A stretch of DNA of 27,556 bases from an uncultured Gammaproteobacteria bacterium (GCA_964411255.1 CAYPKD010000004.1:178147-205702), one strand, 5' to 3'; numbered from the stretch's first letter, positions 8,076 to 15,317 are shown. Program-made: numbers and translations. Notes: generated by a model not told the origin, from the letters alone.

Positions 8076-8393
8076 TTAGTTTGTTTTATCTATCTTCGCT
8101 TCCAAATCATCCATCACTTGCCAAAATTTATTTTCCAAATCAACATCAGTTTTATTGGCTAAAACCATAACGCTCCACAATACATCAACCAATTCATGTT
8201 CCAGTGCCTCTTTCACGTCTTTATCAAGATTTCGATAATTACCACGGGCCATTAATATCTTTGATAAATCTCCCACATCTTTTACCATACCCATAAAAAC
8301 CTGGTCAGTTCCCCACTTTGTGGGTTCAATTTTTTCATATTTTGCTTTAATTTCAACAGCTCGTTCAGTCATTTTGTTAAAATCATTTTTCAA
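8076..8393 (-). CDS. MazG-like NTP pyrophosphohydrolase (105 aa), third paralog
   Basis: It has VKDVGDLSKILMA and EALEHELVDVLWSVMVLA, the two-helix MazG-like signature. Confidence 0.6.
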   Translation of the reverse strand: MKNDFNKMTERAVEIKAKYEKIEPTKWGTDQVFMGMVKDVGDLSKILMARGNYRNLDKDVKEALEHELVDVLWSVMVLANKTDVDLENKFWQVMDDLEAKIDKTN

Positions 8394-8406
8394 ATTTTTT
8401 ATTTAT

Positions 8407-8445
8407 CAGCGAATTTTTAACATCAATTGTTAGAAAAATTCGCTG
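8407..8445. repeat. 12-bp perfect inverted repeat CAGCGAATTTTT-N15-AAAAATTCGCTG with a palindromic loop, lying between two minus-strand genes
   Basis: The arms are at 8407-8418 and 8434-8445. The loop AACATCAATTGTTAG is itself palindromic, and no U-tract follows on either strand. Confidence 0.55.
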
Positions 8446-8449
8446 GAAT

Positions 8450-9142
8450 TTAATCGTGAACAACTTTATATTTTAAAACTAACACATTTCCCATTCTATT
8501 TATGTTAATCAATTCCACTTTTGGAGCTATGTCCGCTAAAAATCCCTCTCCATCACACAAAGTCGGGGCATTTCTACCTCCTAAAATCAAATCTCCTATT
8601 TTTAAGTTTATTTCATCAACCAAATTGTCTTTTAATAAGGAATAAATCAGTTCTCCTCCACCCTCAACCATTAATTCATCAACTCCAAGCTCCTTAATCT
8701 TTTCCAATGTTCTTTTCAGATCAACTCTATCTTTTCCCAATACAAAAATTTTGCATACTTTATCTAGCTCATTAATTTTTTCTTGTGGAGTTCTTTCTGT
8801 GGTAAAAATTATTTTTTCTCCATCTCCCCTGGTTAAAAAGTCTGAGTCTAATTTTAAATCGCTCACATCAGAAACAACAGCTATTTTCATCGGCTGCCTG
8901 CTTTTTCCTAGCTCCATACGCTTCTTTTGCCTCTCTTCTGTTTTTACATCTAAAGCTGAATCATCAAACAGCAAAGTTTTACCGCCAATCATTACTGCAT
9001 CAGCTCTTATTCTTCCATCATAAAGCATATCTCGATTATCATCGCTTGAGATTGGAGTACATGTTTTTTTATAATTTGAAATCTTGCCATCTAATGTCAT
9101 TCCAGTAACTAAAAATACAAATGGTCTTTTATTCTCATTCAT
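8450..9142 (-). CDS. RibD C-terminal-domain / dihydrofolate-reductase-like reductase (diaminohydroxyphosphoribosylaminopyrimidine reductase-like)
   Basis: The motifs FLVTGMTLDGKI, MIGGKTL and LMVEGGGELIYSLL are typical of the RibD_C/DHFR-like fold. Confidence 0.65.
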   Translation of the reverse strand: MNENKRPFVFLVTGMTLDGKISNYKKTCTPISSDDNRDMLYDGRIRADAVMIGGKTLLFDDSALDVKTEERQKKRMELGKSRQPMKIAVVSDVSDLKLDSDFLTRGDGEKIIFTTERTPQEKINELDKVCKIFVLGKDRVDLKRTLEKIKELGVDELMVEGGGELIYSLLKDNLVDEINLKIGDLILGGRNAPTLCDGEGFLADIAPKVELININRMGNVLVLKYKVVHD

Positions 9143-9144
9143 AA

Positions 9145-9633
9145 TTATACATTTAACTTTCTTAAAATCTCCTCAATCCATTTTTCTGCCATTTCTCTGG
9201 CAGCTTCCTGGCGCTTTATTGGTTCTTCAAATTCATGCATGTCAATAATTTCATTTTCTTTAACTGCTGTTTTCATATCTTCTAAAGTCTTTCCAGGACT
9301 TCCTGCATGACAATTAAAAAGCACGATTTTTTTATTTTTTAGCTTAACCATTTTAAAAAATGATCGCAAAGCTGGGGTATAAGTCCATGCCCAAACAGGC
9401 GTGCCAATGAAAATCAAATCGTAATCTTCTGGCTTTTTGTCAAAAGGCAAAAGATCAGGCATTTTCTTTGTTAATACTTGTTTGCCTCCCCAAAAATACT
9501 TTGAGAATTTTTTACTATCCAGTTGCTTGACCGGTTTTAATCGCAATTGATCAGCTCCTGTTTTTTCACTAATAATATCAGCAATAAATTTTGTACTGCC
9601 ATCAAGCGAGTAAAATATTACTAATTTTTTCAT
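9145..9633 (-). CDS. Flavodoxin-family protein
   Basis: A KKLVIFYSLDGSTK FMN-phosphate loop (T/SxTGxT-like) and LIFIGTPVWAW are present. Confidence 0.7.
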   Translation of the reverse strand: MKKLVIFYSLDGSTKFIADIISEKTGADQLRLKPVKQLDSKKFSKYFWGGKQVLTKKMPDLLPFDKKPEDYDLIFIGTPVWAWTYTPALRSFFKMVKLKNKKIVLFNCHAGSPGKTLEDMKTAVKENEIIDMHEFEEPIKRQEAAREMAEKWIEEILRKLNV

Positions 9634-9666
9634 ATTTTTTTACCTAGACTCTTTTGTGAGTGTAAT

Positions 9667-9792
9667 AAACAAAAAGTACAACGTCATTCCCACGAAAGCA
9701 GGAATCCAGGACTGATTGCTCTGGACACCTGCTTTCGCTAGTGTGACAAACAAAGAGTACAGCGTCATTCCTGCGAAGGCAGGAATCCAGGC
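9667..9792. repeat. Two direct copies of a 45-nt hairpin repeat, A1 at 9667-9711 and A2 at 9748-9792, with an inverted partial copy between them
   Basis: The repeat unit is AAACAAA(A/G)AGTACA(A/G)CGTCATTCC(C/T)(A/G)CGAA(A/G)GCAGGAATCCAGG. A2 contains a perfect 8-bp stem, ATTCCTGC-GAAG-GCAGGAAT. Confidence 0.7.
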
Positions 9793-10134
9793 TTAGCTTA
9801 ATTCATTATATAAATCAATCCAATTTGGATTGTCTTCTTCTATTAATTTTAACTTCCACTTCCTTTTCCACTTCTTTATACACTTTTCCCTCCAAATTGC
9901 ATCCTCAATACTATCATGCTCCTCCAAATAAACTAATGTATGTACTTTATATCTTTTTGTAAAGGATTCATTAATATCATCCTTATGTTCATAAACTCTT
10001 CTAGCAATATCATTTGTAACGCCAGTATATAAGGTTCCATTTCTCTTACTGGCCATTATATAAACATAGTAAGATTTCATATAAATTTCATGCCGATAAC
10101 TAATATGTGGATTCCTGCCTTCGCAGGAATGACG
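9763..10134. mobile_element. Putative miniature mobile unit: the GIY-YIG ORF bracketed by perfect 26-bp inverted repeats (9763-9788 and 10109-10134)
   Basis: CGTCATTCCTGCGAAGGCAGGAATCC at 9763-9788 is the exact reverse complement of GGATTCCTGCCTTCGCAGGAATGACG at 10109-10134. No target-site duplication could be identified by eye. Confidence 0.35.
9793..10080 (-). CDS. GIY-YIG nuclease-superfamily small protein (YhbQ/UPF0213-like), 95 aa
   Basis: YVYIMASKRNGTLYTGVTNDIARRVYEH matches the GIY-(x10)-YIG motif, with the conserved Arg and Glu. Confidence 0.8.
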   Translation of the reverse strand: MKSYYVYIMASKRNGTLYTGVTNDIARRVYEHKDDINESFTKRYKVHTLVYLEEHDSIEDAIWREKCIKKWKRKWKLKLIEEDNPNWIDLYNELS

Positions 10135-10245
10135 TAAACGGTATCGGCATTATGATGACTTTTCCTCAGGAATGACGAAAACCGTATCGGCATTATGATG
10201 ACTTTTTCTCGGGGATGACAAAAACAGAGTCGGCATTATAATTTA
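10088..10245. repeat. Repeat cluster downstream of the GIY-YIG gene: an inverted copy of the hairpin repeat (B1, 10109-10134) plus a 42-nt tandem direct repeat x2.6 (10136-10177, 10178-10219, partial 10220-10245)
   Basis: AAACGGTATCGGCATTATGATGACTTTTCCTCAGGAATGACG and AAAACCGTATCGGCATTATGATGACTTTTTCTCGGGGATGAC are followed by AAAAACAGAGTCGGCATTATAATTT. An inverted copy, CATGCCGATA, of the repeat core GTATCGGCATT lies at 10089-10098. Confidence 0.7.
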
Positions 10246-10667
10246 TCTCTAATTAATTCAGCCACTTCATGCAATTCCTTTTCAGGTGAAATTTCTCTTG
10301 ATCCTGGTCGATATAAAAATTTTCTTGGATCATATTGATGAATTCCCGTATCTTTTGGCTTTCTGGGAATTAAATGTAAATGAAAATGAGGAATAGACTG
10401 CCCAGCATCTTTGCCCTCATTCCAGGCGTGATTAAATCCAGTGACGCCAAACAATTCCATAAGCGCTGGTTTTAGTTCCTCAGCCAAATCCAGCACAGCC
10501 ATTATTTCATCTTCTGTCATCTTTTCAATTGCTTCTACCTGTCTTTTTGGCACAATTAAAATATGACCAGGCACAATCGGCATATTTGTCGGAAAAGCAT
10601 AAGCCAAATCATTTTCAATAATGATTCTGTTTTTTATATCTTCTAAGTCATTAAATGAAATTGGCAT
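10236..10667 (-). CDS. HIT-family (histidine triad) nucleotide hydrolase/transferase
   Basis: The histidine triad is HFHLHLIP (HxHxHxx), and the N-terminal core is GHILIVPKR. Confidence 0.8.
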   Translation of the reverse strand: MPISFNDLEDIKNRIIIENDLAYAFPTNMPIVPGHILIVPKRQVEAIEKMTEDEIMAVLDLAEELKPALMELFGVTGFNHAWNEGKDAGQSIPHFHLHLIPRKPKDTGIHQYDPRKFLYRPGSREISPEKELHEVAELIRDKL

Positions 10668-10669
10668 AT

Positions 10670-11044
10670 TTATCTATTACCTTGCATTACTCCAAAAACA
10701 TTCCCCTCTGGATCTTTACAATAAGCGTGAAACCCAATTCCTGGAATTTCCATTTTGTCTTGAATAATTTGGCCGCCATTTTCTTTCACTTTTTCCAAAC
10801 CCTGATCGATATCAGGCACATCAATAGTGCAGACATATGCAATTATTGATTCTCCGCTTATTGGCGTCACTCGTTCCTTAATTGCTCCGTCAATTCCAGG
10901 TTCATCTTTTAAACCAGTTTCAATCAACCAATAATTTATTGGGCCTTCCCATTTTTTAATTTTCCAAGCAAATGTTTTTGAATAAAATTCACCCAACTTG
11001 TCAGGGTCATCAGCGTGGATCTCAAAGTGTACTACTCTTGGCAT
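10670..11044 (-). CDS. VOC/glyoxalase-bleomycin-resistance-fold protein
   Basis: A VHFEIHADDPDKLGEFY start and a paired beta-alpha-beta-beta-beta module pattern are present, with GxxFxV at the C-terminal end. Confidence 0.7.
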   Translation of the reverse strand: MPRVVHFEIHADDPDKLGEFYSKTFAWKIKKWEGPINYWLIETGLKDEPGIDGAIKERVTPISGESIIAYVCTIDVPDIDQGLEKVKENGGQIIQDKMEIPGIGFHAYCKDPEGNVFGVMQGNR

Positions 11045-11061
11045 ATTTTTTATTTTATTTT

Positions 11062-11268
11062 TTATACCTTTTGTTTTGGCACTATAAAAATCAAATATAA
11101 ACTAACTACCCAAAGACCAAGGCTTATATAAAGCACAAAATTTGGCATTACATACCAATTTGAAAAATACGCAATTACTTTTGCTGCAATGCCCAGCAAT
11201 GATATAATTAATAAAATTTTTCCAGCTAAGTTGAAATTTACAGGCACTAAACCTGGAGGATATTTCAT
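11062..11268 (-). CDS. Possible small membrane protein (68 aa) starting at the internal Met of the track ORF 11062-11436
   Basis: The track ORF runs through the tRNA gene and so cannot be real upstream of about 11330. The C-terminal 68 codons (MKYPPGLVPVNF...) are hydrophobic and may be real. Confidence 0.3.
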   Translation of the reverse strand: MKYPPGLVPVNFNLAGKILLIISLLGIAAKVIAYFSNWYVMPNFVLYISLGLWVVSLYLIFIVPKQKV

Positions 11269-11331
11269 ACGATTTAATGGTTCAATCTTCGCAAAACCTT
11301 CTGGCCTGCCAGCCGAAGCTTCAGCGAAGGC

Positions 11332-11418
11332 TGGCGGAGAGGACAGGATTTGAACCTGCAAGTCCACAAGGGACGCACGCTTTCCAAGCGTGTGCCTTAC
11401 CATTCGGCGCACCTCTCC
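11332..11418 (-). tRNA. tRNA-Ser (anticodon GGA), class II with a long variable arm and an encoded 3' CCA
   Basis: The reverse complement reads GGAGAGG-TG-CGCC-GAATGGTAA-GGC-A-CACGC-TTGGAAA-GCGTG-CGTCCCTTGTGGACTTG-CAGGTTCAAATCCTG-TCCTCTCC-G-CCA. The anticodon loop is U33-GGA-A37, the D-stem is 3 bp and the variable arm is long (GTCC-CTTGT-GGAC), both typical of tRNA-Ser. Confidence 0.9.
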
Positions 11419-11510
11419 TCTTTCTCCTTCAACCACTCGCCTGCTCTGTACCGAACGCTAGTTCTGGTGCGGGGGCCATCTCTCCCTTAACGAACGAGTT
11501 TAATGAAAAT

Positions 11511-11564
11511 ACAATCTTGTACAATCTCGTAATCAGTATTATCTTGTATACAAATCTCGTAATC
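11511..11564. repeat. Imperfect tandem direct repeat of about 24 nt between the tRNA-Ser 5' flank and the PHP-gene promoter
   Basis: ACAATCTTGTACAATCTCGTAATC is at 11511-11534 and ATTATCTTGTATACAAATCTCGTAATC is at 11538-11564. Confidence 0.5.
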
Positions 11565-11608
11565 CTGTAACTAATTTATCAAATTTTCGCCAAAAAATCA
11601 ACTATTTC

Positions 11609-11637
11609 TTGACTTAAACTACCCATAATGTAAAATA
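11609..11637 (+). promoter_or_regulatory. Sigma70-like promoter TTGACT-N16-TAAAAT for the first PHP gene
   Basis: TTGACT is at 11609-11614 and TAAAAT at 11631-11636. The SD ACGGAGGTAAAAATG is at 11663-11678. Confidence 0.5.
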
Positions 11638-11675
11638 TTAAATCAATCTATTGTCCTTTACAAACGGAGGTAAAA

Positions 11676-12548
11676 ATGGCTCAAGTTGATATGCACATAC
11701 ATTCGCATTTTTCAGATGGATCAGATTCTCCTACTCAAATCGTTCAAAAAGCAAAATCACTTGGATTAAAAGCAATTTGTCTGACTGACCATGACAATTA
11801 TGAAGGCTTGCCAGAATTCGTTCAGGCTTGCAGGGAACATAATATGAATTTTCTTTGCGGTATTGAAATAATGACATTTTTTCAGGGAATAAAGATTGAA
11901 ATACTGGCTTATGGCATTGATTTGCCCAGAGATGAAAAGTTAAAAGACATACTTTCTAAAAATTGGAAAGCTCATAATTTAAAAGTTCAAAAAATGCTTA
12001 ATGGATATTCTGAACATGGAATTTTTACTGCCACAGTAAACGATATTAAAAGAGCAATGGATTATAAAGGACCGTTTGCCACCAAGGCTTGGCTACGGGA
12101 ATTTAGAGTTCAGGAATTTGATGTTGAGAAAAAGCAAGCCAAACAAGAAACTGCCAAAAATGGTGTGGCTTATGCGCCATACGATCAAGATAAATTCATT
12201 ACTCCAGAAGAAGTGTTTGATTTTGTTCATGCGCTCGGCTGGAGAGCAGTTTTAGCTCATGGCGGAGTTATCAGCAAAGAAATACCTGAGTTTCAAAAGT
12301 GGACAGATTTTATTAAACTTCTTGTTTTGCAATTAAAACCGCTTGGTTTATTCGGAGTTGAAGCATATCACTACCGAAATGAAAAACAATATACTGAATT
12401 TCTTGTTCAAATGGCCCGAGAGCATGGCTTGGCAATAACTGGCGGATCTGATTATCATGGCAGATTTCAATCAAGGCAAATCGGGCAATTTGCAATCAGT
12501 TATGAAAATTTTTTGCAATTTAAAGAGCTAATAAACATAACCGCGTAA
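11676..12548 (+). CDS. PHP-domain phosphoesterase (TrpH/YciV-like; 3',5'-nucleoside bisphosphate phosphatase / RNase AM family), paralog 1
   Basis: The N-terminus MHIHSHFSDGSDSPTQIVQKAKSLGLKAICLTDHDN carries the PHP motif I HxH and motif II DHD. Later metal-ligand histidines are LAHGG and GGSDYHG. Confidence 0.8.
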   Translation: MAQVDMHIHSHFSDGSDSPTQIVQKAKSLGLKAICLTDHDNYEGLPEFVQACREHNMNFLCGIEIMTFFQGIKIEILAYGIDLPRDEKLKDILSKNWKAHNLKVQKMLNGYSEHGIFTATVNDIKRAMDYKGPFATKAWLREFRVQEFDVEKKQAKQETAKNGVAYAPYDQDKFITPEEVFDFVHALGWRAVLAHGGVISKEIPEFQKWTDFIKLLVLQLKPLGLFGVEAYHYRNEKQYTEFLVQMAREHGLAITGGSDYHGRFQSRQIGQFAISYENFLQFKELINITA

Positions 12549-12563
12549 TTCGTGGTTTTTTTT
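12539..12563 (+). terminator. Intrinsic terminator after PHP paralog 1
   Basis: The hairpin AACCGCG-TAATT-CGTGGTT (7 bp including one G:U) overlaps the stop codon and is followed by TTTTTTTT. Confidence 0.6.
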
Positions 12564-12570
12564 AATATTC

Positions 12571-12599
12571 TTGACTTTTTCCCTATAAAAGCCTAAACT
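12571..12599 (+). promoter_or_regulatory. Candidate promoter for PHP paralog 2: TTGACT at 12571-12576, weak -10 TAAACT at 12594-12599 after a 17-nt spacer
   Basis: Same -35 hexamer as the paralog 1 promoter. The -10 is imperfect. The SD AACAGGGGGAAAAAATG is at 12623-12639. Confidence 0.4.
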
Positions 12600-12636
12600 T
12601 TTATAACATATATGTTCTTTCAAACAGGGGGAAAAA

Positions 12637-13530
12637 ATGCCTTTTGAAGCTGATATGCATAGCCATTCATACTATTCTGATGGTTATAATTCTCCAGCTG
12701 AATTAGTCAAAACAGCAAAATCCCAAGGGTTAAAGGCAATTTGTCTGACAGATCATGATAATTTTAACGGCATACATGAATTTATCAGAGCCTGCAAATT
12801 AGCACGACTTGATTTCATCCATGCAATTGAGCTGACAACTACCTATAAAGGTGTAATCGTTCATATATTAGGCTATGGATTAGATCTGAATAATCACACT
12901 CTTAATAAAGTGGTCTTTTCTCAATGGTATGTTCATAACCTCAGAATGACTCAAATATTGAGAAAATATAGAAAAAAAAAGGTTATGGATGTTTCATTGG
13001 ATAATTTAAAAAGGTCAGTCCAATGCAAAGGCCCTTGTATGTTTGACACTTGGCTAATAGATTTTCGCATGAGAATGGCTGAAATTTCTTTTGAACAAGC
13101 AAAAAATGAAATTAGCGGTAATGGATTTGTTAATACTGAATATGATAGTGAATTATTACTCACTGCCCCTCAGGCAGTAGATCTAATTGATAATGCTGGA
13201 GGATTAGCAGTGATTGCTCATCCTGGTGAAATAAGAAGAAGGCTTGAAAACAGAGGGATTCACGTAAATTGGAATAATTTCATTCAATTATGTATTTCCA
13301 TTCTTGAAAACCAGGGTTTAGCTGGAATAGAAGTGTCTCATCCCAGAAATGATGATGAACAAACTGAATTTTTAACCCATCTGGCAGATCAACGAGGATT
13401 AATAAAATTTGGCGGGTCTGATTATCATGGAAAATTTAAATCATATCTTCCTGGTCAATGCGGCATTAGTTATAAAGCTTTTCAGCAGATTAAAGCCAAA
13501 ATTATTAAAAAAAGACCGCGAAAATCGTGA
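12637..13530 (+). CDS. PHP-domain phosphoesterase (TrpH/YciV-like), paralog 2
   Basis: MHSHSYYSDGYNSPAELVKTAKSQGLKAICLTDHDN is collinear with paralog 1, as are IAHPGE and GGSDYHG. Paralog 2 has a basic C-terminal tail, KKRPRKS. Confidence 0.8.
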   Translation: MPFEADMHSHSYYSDGYNSPAELVKTAKSQGLKAICLTDHDNFNGIHEFIRACKLARLDFIHAIELTTTYKGVIVHILGYGLDLNNHTLNKVVFSQWYVHNLRMTQILRKYRKKKVMDVSLDNLKRSVQCKGPCMFDTWLIDFRMRMAEISFEQAKNEISGNGFVNTEYDSELLLTAPQAVDLIDNAGGLAVIAHPGEIRRRLENRGIHVNWNNFIQLCISILENQGLAGIEVSHPRNDDEQTEFLTHLADQRGLIKFGGSDYHGKFKSYLPGQCGISYKAFQQIKAKIIKKRPRKS

Positions 13531-13540
13531 GTCTTTTTTA
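13507..13540 (+). terminator. Intrinsic terminator after PHP paralog 2, sharing the CCGCG-AA-TCGTG core of the first terminator
   Basis: The stem is AAAAAGAC-CGCGAAAATCGTGA-GTCTTTTT, with the stop codon inside and TTTTTT after it. Confidence 0.6.
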
Positions 13541-13545
13541 ATTTA

Positions 13546-13574
13546 TTGACAAAATATTTAAAACGTGATAATAT
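13546..13574 (+). promoter_or_regulatory. Sigma70-like promoter TTGACA-N17-TAATAT for the zinc-finger mini-gene
   Basis: TTGACA is at 13546-13551 and TAATAT at 13569-13574. The SD GGGAAAGGGAAAATATG precedes the start at 13610. Confidence 0.55.
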
Positions 13575-13609
13575 CGTATTTATTGCTTTTCATTAGGGAA
13601 AGGGAAAAT

Positions 13610-13822
13610 ATGACAGATGTTCTGTTTGAGGTTTGTCCCAAATGTAAAGGCAAAAGGGGAAAAACCAAAAAAATTTCATGCGAAAACTGTAAAGGTAAAG
13701 GAAAAACAAAAAGAAACAAAGGAGAAATCATTTGTTTTCCCTGCAAAGGTTCAGGGAAAATATCAATATATATTGCCTGCAACAGATGTCATGGATTTGG
13801 ATTTGTTTGTGAATTTTTCTAA
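13610..13822 (+). CDS. Stand-alone DnaJ-type cysteine-rich zinc-finger mini-protein (four CxxCxGxG motifs), 70 aa
   Basis: Translation from the internal ATG at 13610 (the one with an SD) gives MTDVLFEVCPKCKGKRGK...CENCKGKGK...CFPCKGSGK...CNRCHGFGF. The track ORF starts 15 codons earlier, at a Met with no SD. Confidence 0.6.
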   Translation: MTDVLFEVCPKCKGKRGKTKKISCENCKGKGKTKRNKGEIICFPCKGSGKISIYIACNRCHGFGFVCEFF

Positions 13823-13830
13823 TATAAAAA

Positions 13831-13868
13831 CCAGCTTAAATCAAAGCTGGCTTTATTTTGTTTTTTTA
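13831..13868. terminator. Bidirectional intrinsic terminator between the zinc-finger gene (+) and the convergent membrane-protein gene (-)
   Basis: The stem CCAGCTT-AAATCA-AAGCTGG is flanked by an A-run upstream and TTTATTTTGTTTTTTT downstream. Confidence 0.6.
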
Positions 13869-15317
13869 ATCTAAATCATAATCATATTGAGCCCAGAACT
13901 TATACTTTGACAGAGTAGAGCTTTGCCATTCTTTGTTCATATAAATTGATTTGTGATTCAACCATGCAGTATAATCATATCTTATCTTTGAATCATCAAT
14001 ATCTTTTAATCTTTCCATTTGATTAAATATATCCACAGACAGTCTGCTTAAATATCTCGTATCTAGTTCCTTATCCTGACCAGCTAAATAGCGGTCAATA
14101 TTTACCTTGGCAATCTTTGCCTGCATATTTATACCAGTCATATACATTAAATATACGATAGAAACAATCAAGCCGATTTTAACAAATAATCTATAATGTT
14201 TTCTGAAAATCACGATTATAAGCAAGGCTAATAATATTAATCCAATATAAATAATAAAATGCCAGACCAAAAATCTTAATTGAGTTAAGCCATATGCCTG
14301 TTCATACAAAAACATTCTCTTTAATGCTGATGCTGTAATAATCAATGTTTGAAAAACAAAAAGACTGGTTAAAATCTTTCCTAAGTCGATTTTTTTTGAT
14401 TTGTTGATTCTGTACATTACATAACTAATAATCAAAACAAGGAAAGTAATGGCGCACATTTGATAAAATCCTTTATGCACATAATCTGCATAGGATATAT
14501 CATATTTTTTTATTACCTCATGTCCTCCAAAAAGAAACATTATTTGAATGCTAATAAACAATAAGAAGAATGCATTTAAAACTCCTAACACAATATTGCT
14601 TATTAAATAGTCTTTTTTCTTTTCTTCAGCCTTTGCCTCAATAGGCTTCTCATCTTCTTTTTTCTTTTTAAATCTTTTTTGTAAAAGATACGCATAAAAA
14701 ACTCCGCTAAAAAAGATGAACAAAGCTATTGTTCTCACAACTCTCCAAACATTATGAGAGTCAACATCAAAATCAAAAAAATCAGTCATCCACTTTTCAA
14801 AAATCATGTCAGCAGCGGCAAAAAGGCTGCCAAAAATTAAAACCAGCGGAATAACGATTGCCAGAGCAATTACAACCTTACTTCCCTTCTTAAATCCAAA
14901 CTTACCAATACCTGAGAATGATGAAAACATTTTGGAAAAGAATCTTCCAATAAACATTAATAATGAAAACGGAAATATTCTCTTCACCTTTCTGATCGGC
15001 ATTTCATCAACTCCAAACCAGAATAAGAAAAGAATTAATAAAAAGATTGCTGCTAAAGGCGCAACAACATGCACAAAAGTGTTTTGGTAAATTGCCACTG
15101 AGCCAGCATACCATAAGATTGGAATGCAAAATAAAAGCGACCATGCGTTTGCTAATTTTTTAATAAAAACAAGCCGCAAAATAACTGCTAAAATCAGCAG
15201 TCCTAGGATAAAGACACTAAAATTAATGCCTAAATTTGTTGAGGGGAAAAGCCAGTCATACAAAATGGCAAAAATAACTGCCATCAGTAAAACAATTAAT
15301 TTTTGTTTCCTGGCCAT
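13866..15317 (-). CDS. Large polytopic membrane protein (about 12 TM, 483 aa) with a roughly 80-aa soluble C-terminal domain, function unknown
   Basis: It is hydrophobic throughout, with a Lys-rich cytoplasmic loop KKRFKKKKEDEKPIEAKAEEKKK. I recognise no catalytic motif. Confidence 0.55.
   Translation of the reverse strand: MARKQKLIVLLMAVIFAILYDWLFPSTNLGINFSVFILGLLILAVILRLVFIKKLANAWSLLFCIPILWYAGSVAIYQNTFVHVVAPLAAIFLLILFLFWFGVDEMPIRKVKRIFPFSLLMFIGRFFSKMFSSFSGIGKFGFKKGSKVVIALAIVIPLVLIFGSLFAAADMIFEKWMTDFFDFDVDSHNVWRVVRTIALFIFFSGVFYAYLLQKRFKKKKEDEKPIEAKAEEKKKDYLISNIVLGVLNAFFLLFISIQIMFLFGGHEVIKKYDISYADYVHKGFYQMCAITFLVLIISYVMYRINKSKKIDLGKILTSLFVFQTLIITASALKRMFLYEQAYGLTQLRFLVWHFIIYIGLILLALLIIVIFRKHYRLFVKIGLIVSIVYLMYMTGINMQAKIAKVNIDRYLAGQDKELDTRYLSRLSVDIFNQMERLKDIDDSKIRYDYTAWLNHKSIYMNKEWQSSTLSKYKFWAQYDYDLD

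Noticed and set aside
11062-11436. Track ORF of 124 aa on the minus strand (and ORF 11277-11570 on the + strand) spanning the tRNA-Ser gene
   Set aside because: Both read straight through a well-formed tRNA. The GC-rich tRNA sequence creates open frames by chance. Only the distal 68 codons (11062-11268) might be real.
13558-13874. Alternative-frame ORFs overlapping the zinc-finger gene (13617-13874 + and 13558-13782 -)
   Set aside because: The CxxCxGxG x4 frame, with an SD and a promoter, explains the region. The others are Lys-rich shadows.
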